From Nannocystales bacterium (lineage in GTDB: Bacteria; Myxococcota_A; Polyangia; Nannocystales; Nannocystaceae), in assembly GCA_050633305.1 (NCBI GenBank), contig JBOEGF010000043.1:192001-256000 (forward strand): a stretch of DNA of 64,000 nucleotides. The letters run 5' to 3'. Position 1 is the stretch's first letter; each line of letters starts with the position of its first letter. Positions 1 through 10,084 of this stretch are shown here, piece after piece. The notes under the pieces were generated by a model, which saw nothing but the letters and a program-made list of their open reading frames with translations, ran no database searches and was not told the DNA's origin. The position numbers were made by a program, and so were the translations under genes.

Positions 1-2
1 CG

Positions 3-749
3 ATGGGCGAAGTGGCCGTGAAGGCGGCGCGGGCCGTGGGGTACCGAAGTGCGGGGACGGTGGAGTTCCTGTTCGAGGAGACACCGGACGGTCCGAACTT
101 CTTCTTCCTCGAGATGAACACGCGGCTGCAGGTCGAGCATCCGGTCACCGAACTGATCACGGGCCGCGACCTTGTCTGGGATCAGATCCGCATCGCGGCC
201 GGTGAACAACTCGGCTTCGAGCAGTCCGATGTGGAGTTCCGCGGCCACGCTTTGGAGTGTCGCGTCTACGCCGAGGACCCCGTTTCGTTCCTCCCCCGGC
301 CGGGTCGGCTCTCGCGAGTCGAGTGGCCGCAAGGTGGTGGCGTCCGGATCGACGGTGCGGTGGCCAGTGGTACCGAAGTGTCGAGCTTCTACGACCCGAT
401 GATCGCGAAGATGGTGACCTACGGTGCCGACCGAGCCGAGGCGGTTGCGAAGATGGAGCGAGCGTTGGGCGAGACGGTGTTGCTCGGGATCCCGACCAAC
501 CTGCCGCTGCACTGCCGGGTGTTGGCGGAGCCGACGTTCCGCGACGGAACAGCGGTGACCACGCGATACCTTGAGGAGCACCCCGAGGTGCTCGAGCCGG
601 TCGAGATCCCCGCGACCCGTGTCGCGGCAATCGCCGCCGCAGCGGCATGCGCGGCCCGCGAGGGGCAGGGGACCCACGAGCGCGCGGACGACTCTGCGAC
701 GACGTCGACCGGTTCCTCCTGGCGACACGCTGTCCGCTGGCGGCAGTAG
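3..749 (+). CDS. accC: Biotin carboxylase subunit of an acyl-CoA carboxylase (C-terminal part; 5' end outside window)
   Basis: Motifs GTVEF, FLEMNTRLQVEHPVTE, GHALECRVYAEDP, YDPMIAK. Substrate (acetyl/propionyl/other) cannot be determined. Confidence 0.85.
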   Translation: MGEVAVKAARAVGYRSAGTVEFLFEETPDGPNFFFLEMNTRLQVEHPVTELITGRDLVWDQIRIAAGEQLGFEQSDVEFRGHALECRVYAEDPVSFLPRPGRLSRVEWPQGGGVRIDGAVASGTEVSSFYDPMIAKMVTYGADRAEAVAKMERALGETVLLGIPTNLPLHCRVLAEPTFRDGTAVTTRYLEEHPEVLEPVEIPATRVAAIAAAAACAAREGQGTHERADDSATTSTGSSWRHAVRWRQ

Positions 750-808
750 TCGGTCCTTCGCGGCATTTCAGCCGGGCGCAAGCCCATACGGTGCCGGCCC
801 GGTCGTGA

Positions 809-2506
<1,698 letters not shown>

Positions 2507-2742
2507 CCCCTCGGTTGCGGCACCGCGAAACACAGCGGTGGCACTTCCGATTTCGGGAGCTCGCCTGGCCGCGCCTTGGCACCGCCGCGGTCCCCGACGC
2601 CTCGCGATCCCTCTCGTAGGGGTTCAATCGACTGGGCCGGGTTGGGGACGGCGGCCACATCCACCGTCCCGTGTCCACCTCGACGACCGCTAAGAGACTG
2701 GAATCTCTACGTAGGCCAGGCACCTACTGCCCCATCTGAATC

Positions 2743-2771
2743 GGGCACGTTCCCTGCAAAGCTGCTAAGGT
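2743..2771 (+). promoter_or_regulatory. Sigma-54-type -24/-12 element overlapping a putative extended -10 sigma-70 promoter of rpoN
   Basis: GGGCACGTTCCCTGCA: GG(2744-45)-N10-GC(2756-57); TG-C-TAAGGT at 2763-2771. Confidence 0.55.
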
Positions 2772-2815
2772 GAAATTCGCTCGGGTGACGGGCGAAGGAG
2801 ACGGATGACCCCCTC

Positions 2816-4294
2816 ATGGCGCTGAACATGCGGCAAGAACTGCGGATGAGTCAGCAGCTGGTGATGACACCCCAGCTGCAACAGGCCATCAAGCTCCTGC
2901 AGCTGTCGCGTGTCGAGCTCACGGACCTGGTCCGCTCCGAGCTCCTAGAGAACCCGCTGCTCGACGACGCACAGGAGATGGGTTCCAGCAATGAGGAGCC
3001 CGTCACCTCGGTCGAGATGCAAGACGGCCTGGAGAACCAGCGCGATGGGGGGGAGCCGGCGAAGAGCGAGTCCCCCGAGAAGGAGCTCAAGGTCGACGAC
3101 GGTCCGAAGGACAACTTCGACTGGGAGGCCTACCTCGAGAACAACTCCTATGCGCCCACCACGGGCCCCGGTGTCGCGGTTCAAAACGAGGACATGCCCT
3201 CGCTCGAGGCGACCGCTTCGCGACCGGAAACCCTCGTCGAGCACCTCATGTGGCAGATCCGTCTGGCGAGTTTCTCGGCCGATGAAGAGGAGATCGCCGA
3301 GTACATCGTCCGCAGCATGAACGGCGCGGGCTACCTCCGGGACACCTCCGTCGTTCAGCTCGCGCGGCGCAGTGACTACTCCGTGCTTCGGGTGGAGCAG
3401 GTCTTGCGACGCATCCAGCAGCTCGATCCTTTCTCGATCGGCGCCCGAAACCTCGCCGAGTGCCTCTGGATTCAGGTCAACCATCCTGACGAGCCGATCG
3501 AGGACCCGCTGGTCCGAGGCATGATCTGCAAGCATCTGGGCAACCTCGAGAAGCGCGCCTACCCGGCGATCGCTCGCGATATGGGGGAGCCCGTCGAAGA
3601 GGTCTACGAGGGCGCCAAGATGATCATGGCTCTCGAGCCACGGCCCGCGCGAGCCTACTCGTCCGAGGAATCGAGCTACATCGTTCCCGACGTCTACATT
3701 CAGAAGATCAGCGACGAGTACGTCGTCTCGCTCAACGACGACGGCTTGCCCAAACTGAAGATCAGCGGCTTCTACCGCGGCGCGATGGGGACCAACCGCG
3801 AGGCCAAGGAGTACATCAGCGAGCGCCTTCGCTCGGCGCAGTGGCTGATCCGCTCGATTCAGCAACGTCAGCGCACGATCACCAAGGTTGCGAAGAGCAT
3901 CCTGAAGTTCCAGCGACCCTTCTTCGAGAAGGGTGTCGAGCACCTCAAGCCGTTGATCCTCAAAGACGTTGCGGAGGACATCGAGATGCACGAGTCGACG
4001 GTCAGCCGGGTGACGACCAACAAGTACGTCCACACCCCGCAGGGAATCTTCGAGCTGAAGTTCTTCTTCAACGCCGGGATCAGCCGCGGCAACGGCGAAG
4101 AACTCGCCTCCGAAGCGGTCAAGACGAAGATCAAGGTCCTGATCGCCCAGGAGGATCCGAAGCGGCCGTTCAGCGACCAGAAGCTTGTGGAGCTCCTCAA
4201 GGCCGACAGCATCGACATCGCGCGACGCACGGTGGCGAAGTACCGCGAGCAGCTGGGCGTGCTCAGCAGCAGCAAGCGTCGGCGCTTGTTTTAG
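2816..4294 (+). CDS. rpoN: RNA polymerase sigma-54 factor
   Basis: Region I QQLVMTPQLQQAIKLLQLS, HESTVSRVT HTH, RpoN box ARRTVAKYRE. Confidence 0.98.
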   Translation: MALNMRQELRMSQQLVMTPQLQQAIKLLQLSRVELTDLVRSELLENPLLDDAQEMGSSNEEPVTSVEMQDGLENQRDGGEPAKSESPEKELKVDDGPKDNFDWEAYLENNSYAPTTGPGVAVQNEDMPSLEATASRPETLVEHLMWQIRLASFSADEEEIAEYIVRSMNGAGYLRDTSVVQLARRSDYSVLRVEQVLRRIQQLDPFSIGARNLAECLWIQVNHPDEPIEDPLVRGMICKHLGNLEKRAYPAIARDMGEPVEEVYEGAKMIMALEPRPARAYSSEESSYIVPDVYIQKISDEYVVSLNDDGLPKLKISGFYRGAMGTNREAKEYISERLRSAQWLIRSIQQRQRTITKVAKSILKFQRPFFEKGVEHLKPLILKDVAEDIEMHESTVSRVTTNKYVHTPQGIFELKFFFNAGISRGNGEELASEAVKTKIKVLIAQEDPKRPFSDQKLVELLKADSIDIARRTVAKYREQLGVLSSSKRRRLF

Positions 4295-4299
4295 GCCAA

Positions 4300-4672
4300 G
4301 CGATTCGCTTCGCGAATCGCGGGGGGGCCGGAAGCGATTCGCGGAGCGAATTGCGTGGCCCGATGCTCGCGACAAGCGAAAAGCGTGGCCCCGTGCTGGA
4401 AACAAACGAAAGGCGTGGCCCCCGATGTTGGCAACAAGCGAAAAGCGTGCCCCCATGCTGGCAACAAACGAAAGCGTGGCCCCGCGCGAGGCGTCTCCGC
4501 GCTCCGGTGTGGGCGGATGCTCCCGCTGGGCTCTTAGGGAATCCACGGCGGCGCGGATTCATGGCGTGGCGCCTTGACGGCGAGGGCGCCGCTTGGGGAC
4601 CGAGGCCCACGCAATTCGCTGCGCGAATCGCTTCCGGGCCCCCCGCGAATCGCGACGGGGGTCGCGATTCGC
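4300..4672. repeat. ~49-bp inverted repeats (4310-4358 / 4607-4655) bracketing four 29-32-bp tandem repeats (4353-4473); REP/MITE-like
   Basis: Arms match as reverse complements with 3 mismatches. Tandem unit approx GCGTGGCCCCGATGCTGGCAACAAGCGAAAA. Recurrent GCGATTCGC/GCGAATCGC palindromic motif. Confidence 0.85.
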
Positions 4673-4724
4673 TCGGGACGACGGCGGGGGAGAGATGGCC
4701 TATGCTCCTGTGGGACCTTCATCC

Positions 4725-5744
4725 ATGCGCAAGGAGAACGCGGTTGAGCTTTCGCAGCTACTCGATGACGACGACACGTCGCCGCTGGGGCTGCGCCCGT
4801 TGTCCAGCTGGGGTGGGTTGAACCGGCGGACAACGCGGCCACGGATTCAAAAACCCGGTCTCGCGTTGTCGGGGTTCACCAAGCACGTCTATCCCGATCG
4901 GGTGCAGGTGCTCGGGCTCTCGGAGATCGACTTCATCCACTGCGCGGACAAGGCGGAGATCGAGGCTGGCCTCAAGAAGTTCCTCGACAAGGACCCGTGC
5001 GCGCTCATCGTCACACGCGGCCTCGAGCCGCCCGAGCTGTTGATGCGCGAGGCCGAAGCTCGCGGCATTCCGGTCTTGGGGACCTCGGTGATGACCTCGA
5101 CGTTCATCACGCGGATGACCCGCCGGCTCGAAGAGCTGCTCTCTCCTACCGCGAGCATTCATGGCGTGTTGGTCGATGTCCTCGGTGTGGGTGTCTTGCT
5201 CATCGGCCGCAGCGGTGTGGGAAAGAGCGAGGCCGCGCTGGATCTGGTGCTCAAGGGACACCGGTTGGTCGCCGATGACGTCGTCGAAGTGACCGTGCGG
5301 CCGCCCGACACGGTGTGGGGCGCGGCGACCGAGCTTCATCAGCACCACATGGAGATCCGGGGGATGGGCATCCTCAACATCACGCACCTCTTTGGGGTGG
5401 CTGCGGTGCGCGACAACAAGAAGATCGAAGTCGTCGTCGAGCTCAGCGAAGTCGACGAAGGGGACTACGATCGTCTGGGCACGGAGTCCCAGGTCTGGCC
5501 GATCCTTCAAGTCGACGTCCCGCTGGTCCGCATTCCGCTGCGTCCGGGTCGAAACATCGCCTCTCTGATCGAGGTCGTCGCACGCAACCAGATCCTGAAG
5601 TATCGCGGGCACGACTCGGCGCGCGAGTTCCAGGAGAAGGTCAACGCCCGGATTCGCGAGAGCATTCGTGCCCAGGGCGATGGCGCCACGGAGCCGGTGC
5701 AGAAAAGCAACAGCAACATGATTCGGGTTACAGAGGTGGAGTAG
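4725..5744 (+). CDS. hprK: HPr kinase/phosphorylase
   Basis: HGVLVDVLGVGVLLIGRSGVGKSE Walker A, LVADD, MEIRGMGI, RPGRNIA. Start at ATG 4725 or 4695. Confidence 0.96.
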   Translation: MRKENAVELSQLLDDDDTSPLGLRPLSSWGGLNRRTTRPRIQKPGLALSGFTKHVYPDRVQVLGLSEIDFIHCADKAEIEAGLKKFLDKDPCALIVTRGLEPPELLMREAEARGIPVLGTSVMTSTFITRMTRRLEELLSPTASIHGVLVDVLGVGVLLIGRSGVGKSEAALDLVLKGHRLVADDVVEVTVRPPDTVWGAATELHQHHMEIRGMGILNITHLFGVAAVRDNKKIEVVVELSEVDEGDYDRLGTESQVWPILQVDVPLVRIPLRPGRNIASLIEVVARNQILKYRGHDSAREFQEKVNARIRESIRAQGDGATEPVQKSNSNMIRVTEVE

Positions 5745-5746
5745 CG

Positions 5747-6607
5747 GTGGACCTTCTCGTCATTTCCGGTCTCAGTGGTGGTGGCAAGTCCACCGCTTTG
5801 CATGCGCTCGAAGACCTTGGGGTCTACTGCGTGGACAACGTGCCCTTGGTGCTGCTTCCGCAGCTGATGGAGAGCGTGCGTCGTACCGAGGACGATCGTC
5901 CGGTCGCGGTCGTCGTCGATGCCCGAGATACGGCCTACCTCGAACGCTTCGGTGAGATTCACCAGCAGCTCACCGACGCTGGCCACAGTGTGGACGTGCT
6001 GTTCTTCGAGGCTGCCACCGACGTGCTCGTGCGTCGGTACTCCGAGACCCGACGGCGCCACCCGATGGGGGACCTGCCCGAGGCCATCGATCGTGAACGC
6101 GAACTGCTCGGCCCGATCCGGGAGAAGTCTGAGCGCCCGATCGATACCTCCACGTTGACCGGGCGGCAGCTTCGACAGTTGATGCGCGACCGTTTCGGCA
6201 GCGGGGGCACGCTTCGACTCGTGCTCACCTCGTTCGGGTTTCGCAACGGTGTCCCGAGCGAGGCCGACATCGTCTTGGATGCCCGCTTTCTCGACAACCC
6301 GTTCGAGCGTGAAGACCTGCGCCCGCTCTCGGGTTTGCACGAGCCGGTCGCCGATTACGTTCTCGGCCAGGAAGACGCACAGACCCTGCTTGGGCACATC
6401 GAGACCTTGGTGCGGTTCGCTGCGCCGCGGTCCGCCGCCGAGGGACGCTCGTACCTCACGGTCGCCGTCGGATGTACCGGCGGGCAGCACCGCTCGGTTG
6501 CTCTGGTCGAGGCGTTGAAACGCTCGCTGTCCGCAGGGGACGCGTTCATGGAGCCCGCTCCGCGGCTTGTGGTGCGGCACCGTGATGTCGGGGGCACGGC
6601 GAGATGA
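5747..6607 (+). CDS. rapZ: RNase adapter / P-loop NTP-binding protein RapZ (YhbJ/YvcJ)
   Basis: GLSGGGKS, VDNVP, RRYSETRRRHP, SFGF, GCTGGQHRSV. GTG start 3 nt after the hprK stop. Confidence 0.95.
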   Translation: MDLLVISGLSGGGKSTALHALEDLGVYCVDNVPLVLLPQLMESVRRTEDDRPVAVVVDARDTAYLERFGEIHQQLTDAGHSVDVLFFEAATDVLVRRYSETRRRHPMGDLPEAIDRERELLGPIREKSERPIDTSTLTGRQLRQLMRDRFGSGGTLRLVLTSFGFRNGVPSEADIVLDARFLDNPFEREDLRPLSGLHEPVADYVLGQEDAQTLLGHIETLVRFAAPRSAAEGRSYLTVAVGCTGGQHRSVALVEALKRSLSAGDAFMEPAPRLVVRHRDVGGTAR

Positions 6608-7059
6608 CCCCCCCCGAGGGCGCCAGCCCGGCCAAGAGCGTCGGCGTGGTCTTGGTGGGTCACGGAGAGACCGCCAGTCACCTGCTGCGCGCCGCACAGG
6701 GGATCGCCGCCCCGGGGTCGCTCGATGGCGTGGTCGCGCTCGATGCCGGCCCAGGGGACTCGGACTCGTTCACGGCAGCGATGTGCGAAGCACTCGATCG
6801 CGTCGACGGAGGGCAGGGGGTGCTCCTCCTGGTCGACCTTCTCGGTGCGAGTCCCTGCCAGTGTGGCCATCGCGAGGGCAAGACGCACCATGTCGTCGTT
6901 CTCTCCGGGCTGAACCTGGCCATGCTACTCAAGCTTTCCAGCCTCGACCGAGCCTCCAGCACCGCGGAGGAACTCGCCGAGGCGTGTGCCTGCAGTGCTC
7001 AGCGCTCCGTCTGCGTCAGCCCTGCGCCCCCTTCTCCGCCCCAACCGGCGGACTCCTGA
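6604..7059 (+). CDS. PTS EIIA component, mannose/fructose type (stand-alone)
   Basis: VLVGHG (phospho-His), LLVDLLGASP, SGLNLAMLL; ATGA overlap with rapZ. Confidence 0.88.
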   Translation: MTPPEGASPAKSVGVVLVGHGETASHLLRAAQGIAAPGSLDGVVALDAGPGDSDSFTAAMCEALDRVDGGQGVLLLVDLLGASPCQCGHREGKTHHVVVLSGLNLAMLLKLSSLDRASSTAEELAEACACSAQRSVCVSPAPPSPPQPADS

Positions 7060-7069
7060 GAAACCCTGG

Positions 7070-7339
7070 ATGTCAGCTAGTGGAGACCACACCATCGTCA
7101 ATGACCTCGGCTTGCACGCCCGCCCGGCGAGTAAACTCGTCGCGCTCGCCAACAAGTTTGGTGCGGACGTGTTCATCGGCAGTGGCGGCCGAGAGGTCAA
7201 CGGCAAGAGCATCCTCGGGGTGCTGATGCTCGCCGCGGCGAAGGGCACGACGCTCTCGGTTCGCTGCGAAGGGCAGCAAGAAGACGAGGCCTACGCGGCC
7301 CTCGGCAAGTTGGTCGACGACGGTTTCGGAGAGCTGTGA
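7070..7339 (+). CDS. ptsH: Phosphocarrier protein HPr
   Basis: GLHARPA (His15) and NGKSILGV (Ser46) signatures. Confidence 0.96.
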   Translation: MSASGDHTIVNDLGLHARPASKLVALANKFGADVFIGSGGREVNGKSILGVLMLAAAKGTTLSVRCEGQQEDEAYAALGKLVDDGFGEL

Positions 7340-9171
7340 GCCGACGCGCCGACCGCCACGTCCACGGGCGGACCCTTCGGGGGATCGCCGTGAGCTCAGG
7401 CATTGCGATCGGTCCGGCGTATGTCGTCGACCGGAGAAAACAACACATCGAAACCCGAGATATCGAGCGCGCGGAGACCGATGAGGAACTCGCGCGTTTC
7501 GAAGCTGCGCTTGCGGAGACTCAGTCTCAGCTGAAGACCATCGAGGGGCGCTTGCCTCATGGCGAGCACCGACAGATCCTTCGGGCACAGCAGCTGATGC
7601 TCGAAGACCCGGACCTTGCGGGGCGGGTCTCCGAGATTGTGCTCGAGGAATTGATCGGCGCCGAGTGTGCTCTGGCGCGGGTGGCCGATGAGATCCGCGA
7701 GATGCTCGAGCAGGCGGACGCGGAGCATTTCCGCGAGCGCAGCACCGACATCACACTGCTGGCCGAGCGTGTGCTCGTGAACCTACTCGGGCACGAGCCC
7801 CAGGCCCTGCGCCCCCCCGCCGGAGCGGTTGTCATCGCACATGACCTCTCCCCAGCCGATACCGCGGAGATGGTGCGTAGCGACATCGTCGGCATCGTGA
7901 CGGCGGTTGGCGGGCTCACCGGACACAGCGCCATCATCGCGCGTTCGATGGAACTCCCCGCCGTGGTGGGCGTCGACGACGTGGACTTGGTGGTCGAGCG
8001 CGGCGACACCGTGGTTCTGGACGCGATTCACGGCGTCGTGTTGCTACGGCCGTCGGAGGCGCAGCTCGATGAGTGGAACGAAGCGCAGCGCAGGTACGAC
8101 GAATTCGAGGACCAGGTTCAGCGCGAACATGGGCTACCTGCGATGACCGGTTGCGGTCAGCGGGTCACGTTGCGGGCCAACGTGGCGCTGACCGAAGAGG
8201 TGGCCTCGTCGCGTTTTCACGGTGCCGAAGGGGTGGGCCTGTATCGGACGGAGTTCCTCTACATGGGTCGAGACTCGGCGCCGAGCGAAGAGGAGCATTA
8301 CCGACACGCGAAGGATGTGTTGCGACAGATGTCGCCGTACCCCGTCGTGTTTCGAACGTTCGACTTGGGGTCCGACAAGCAAACCGCGCTCTTGAACTAC
8401 GATGCCGATGCCGAGGCCAACCCGGCGATGGGCGTTCGCGGGCTGCGGCTGGCACTGACGAACCGCGAGTGGTTCCTCTCGCAGGTCCGGGGACTGCTTC
8501 GCGCCGCTCTCCATGGTCCGCTGAGGATCATGCTTCCGATGGTGACGAGCTTGCCCGAACTCAAGCTTGCGCTCGAGGTTGTCGAGCAGGCGCGTCAACA
8601 ACTCGAAGACGACCGGCTCGCCTATGCTCAGGACGTTCCCGTCGGGATGATGGTCGAGGTCCCCTCGGCTGCACTCGAGGCCGAGCGACTCGCTCGCTAC
8701 GTCGACTTCATGAGCATTGGTACCAACGACCTCATCCAGTACACGCTCGCGATCGACCGTGAGAACGACGATGTGGCCTACCTGTACCGCCCACTTCAGT
8801 CGGCGATCCTGCAGCTGATCCAGCGAGTGAGCGAAGCGGGCCGTGCAGCGGGCATCCCGGTGAGTTTGTGCGGTGAGCTCGCGGCTGACCCCCGTTACAC
8901 GTGGGTGCTCCTGGGGCTAGGCGTCACGGAGTTGAGCATGCATCCTTCGGCCATTCCCGTGATCAAGAACATCATTCGGAGCTCGGACTACGACGAGATG
9001 GTGAGCCTCGTCAGCGAGGTGCTCGAGGTGGAGGACGTGGACGACGCCGAACGGCTGGTCCTGCGGAAGATGCGGGCGCGTTTCCCCGAGCACCTCGATC
9101 ACGGAGGCGGGCAGCGTCTGGCGACCGAGGACGCCGCCGACGAGGCACAACCGCAAGAGGGGTCGGGATGA
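7336..9171 (+). CDS. ptsI: PEP-protein phosphotransferase (PTS enzyme I), no N-terminal GAF
   Basis: TGHSAIIAR phospho-His, GVGLYRTEF, RTFDLGSDK, SIGTNDLIQY, LCGE. Confidence 0.96.
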   Translation: MSRRADRHVHGRTLRGIAVSSGIAIGPAYVVDRRKQHIETRDIERAETDEELARFEAALAETQSQLKTIEGRLPHGEHRQILRAQQLMLEDPDLAGRVSEIVLEELIGAECALARVADEIREMLEQADAEHFRERSTDITLLAERVLVNLLGHEPQALRPPAGAVVIAHDLSPADTAEMVRSDIVGIVTAVGGLTGHSAIIARSMELPAVVGVDDVDLVVERGDTVVLDAIHGVVLLRPSEAQLDEWNEAQRRYDEFEDQVQREHGLPAMTGCGQRVTLRANVALTEEVASSRFHGAEGVGLYRTEFLYMGRDSAPSEEEHYRHAKDVLRQMSPYPVVFRTFDLGSDKQTALLNYDADAEANPAMGVRGLRLALTNREWFLSQVRGLLRAALHGPLRIMLPMVTSLPELKLALEVVEQARQQLEDDRLAYAQDVPVGMMVEVPSAALEAERLARYVDFMSIGTNDLIQYTLAIDRENDDVAYLYRPLQSAILQLIQRVSEAGRAAGIPVSLCGELAADPRYTWVLLGLGVTELSMHPSAIPVIKNIIRSSDYDEMVSLVSEVLEVEDVDDAERLVLRKMRARFPEHLDHGGGQRLATEDAADEAQPQEGSG

Positions 9172-10052
9172 GCACGCCAGGGCTCGAGCCCGGCGCACCG
9201 TGGCTTCCGGCTGAAGTCGCGGATGACAGCCGGCTGTTGGATCTGTCTTTTGGTCGGGTGTTCGCGTGCGATGTGCACCCGCCAGCAGCCGAGGTTCGCA
9301 AGCCGCCGTTGGTTCTGCTTCACGGCCTCTTTCTCACCCACCACACGTTTTCGCGGATCATTCCCCAGCTCGCGGTGGACCGACGCGTTGTGGCACTCGA
9401 TCTTCCGGGCGCGGGAGACAGTGATCGGCCGAATGCAGCCCAGGTGGACGACTATTCGTTCGAGTGGCTCTCCGAAGCGATCGCTGAGGCTCTCGAGACG
9501 CTCGGTGTCTCGGCGTGCAGCCTGGTCGGGCACGACTTCGGCGGGACGCTGGCCCTGGTTCTCGCCGCCAAAGAGCCCGCGCGTGTTCGGGAACTCTTCC
9601 TGCTCAGTCCGTTGGCGCTCACCGTGAGCCTTCCACTTCAGGGGGCTCTGGCCATCGCGCCTTCATTGGGGCTCGAGGTGTTCCGACGGACGCTACGCCG
9701 CGCCGACTTCGTTCGGTTCTTTGAGCAAGGGCTGTCGACCCCGGAACTCCTCGATGAGGGAGATGCGCACGTGTTTTGGGACCGTTTGTGCCGCTGGGGC
9801 GGTCGAGAGGCCGCCTACGCCATGCTTGCCCAGATGCCCAGCGTGGTGCGGTTGCGGGATCGCTTCGTCACTGTCGAGGCCCCCACCACACTGGTATGGG
9901 GGGACCGCGACCAGATCGTCCCACCGGACCACGCATCCCGCCTGGCGGCGCTGCTGCCGAACGCGTCCGAGGCGATCATCGATGGGTGCGGGCACAACCC
10001 CGCGTACGAGCGGCCCAACGAACTCGCCAAGTTGCTGGGCGCACGCGCGTAG
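9168..10052 (+). CDS. Alpha/beta hydrolase (epoxide hydrolase/dehalogenase-like, Asp nucleophile)
   Basis: LVLLHG, DLPGAGDS, GHDFGG nucleophile elbow, WGDRD, GCGH; ATGA overlap with ptsI. Confidence 0.85.
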   Translation: MSTPGLEPGAPWLPAEVADDSRLLDLSFGRVFACDVHPPAAEVRKPPLVLLHGLFLTHHTFSRIIPQLAVDRRVVALDLPGAGDSDRPNAAQVDDYSFEWLSEAIAEALETLGVSACSLVGHDFGGTLALVLAAKEPARVRELFLLSPLALTVSLPLQGALAIAPSLGLEVFRRTLRRADFVRFFEQGLSTPELLDEGDAHVFWDRLCRWGGREAAYAMLAQMPSVVRLRDRFVTVEAPTTLVWGDRDQIVPPDHASRLAALLPNASEAIIDGCGHNPAYERPNELAKLLGARA

Positions 10053-10084
10053 GCCCGGCGGGGGAGTGCGTTACACTCCCGCTC

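Noticed and set aside
2584..2655. Imperfect inverted repeat after pyrG sharing TTGGGGACGGC with the MITE end
   Set aside because: Only 11 bp of shared GC-rich sequence and no flanking CTAG; not enough to call an element or ncRNA.
4353..4483. 30-bp repeats as a CRISPR array
   Set aside because: Units are contiguous with no unique spacers, and there are no cas genes in the window.
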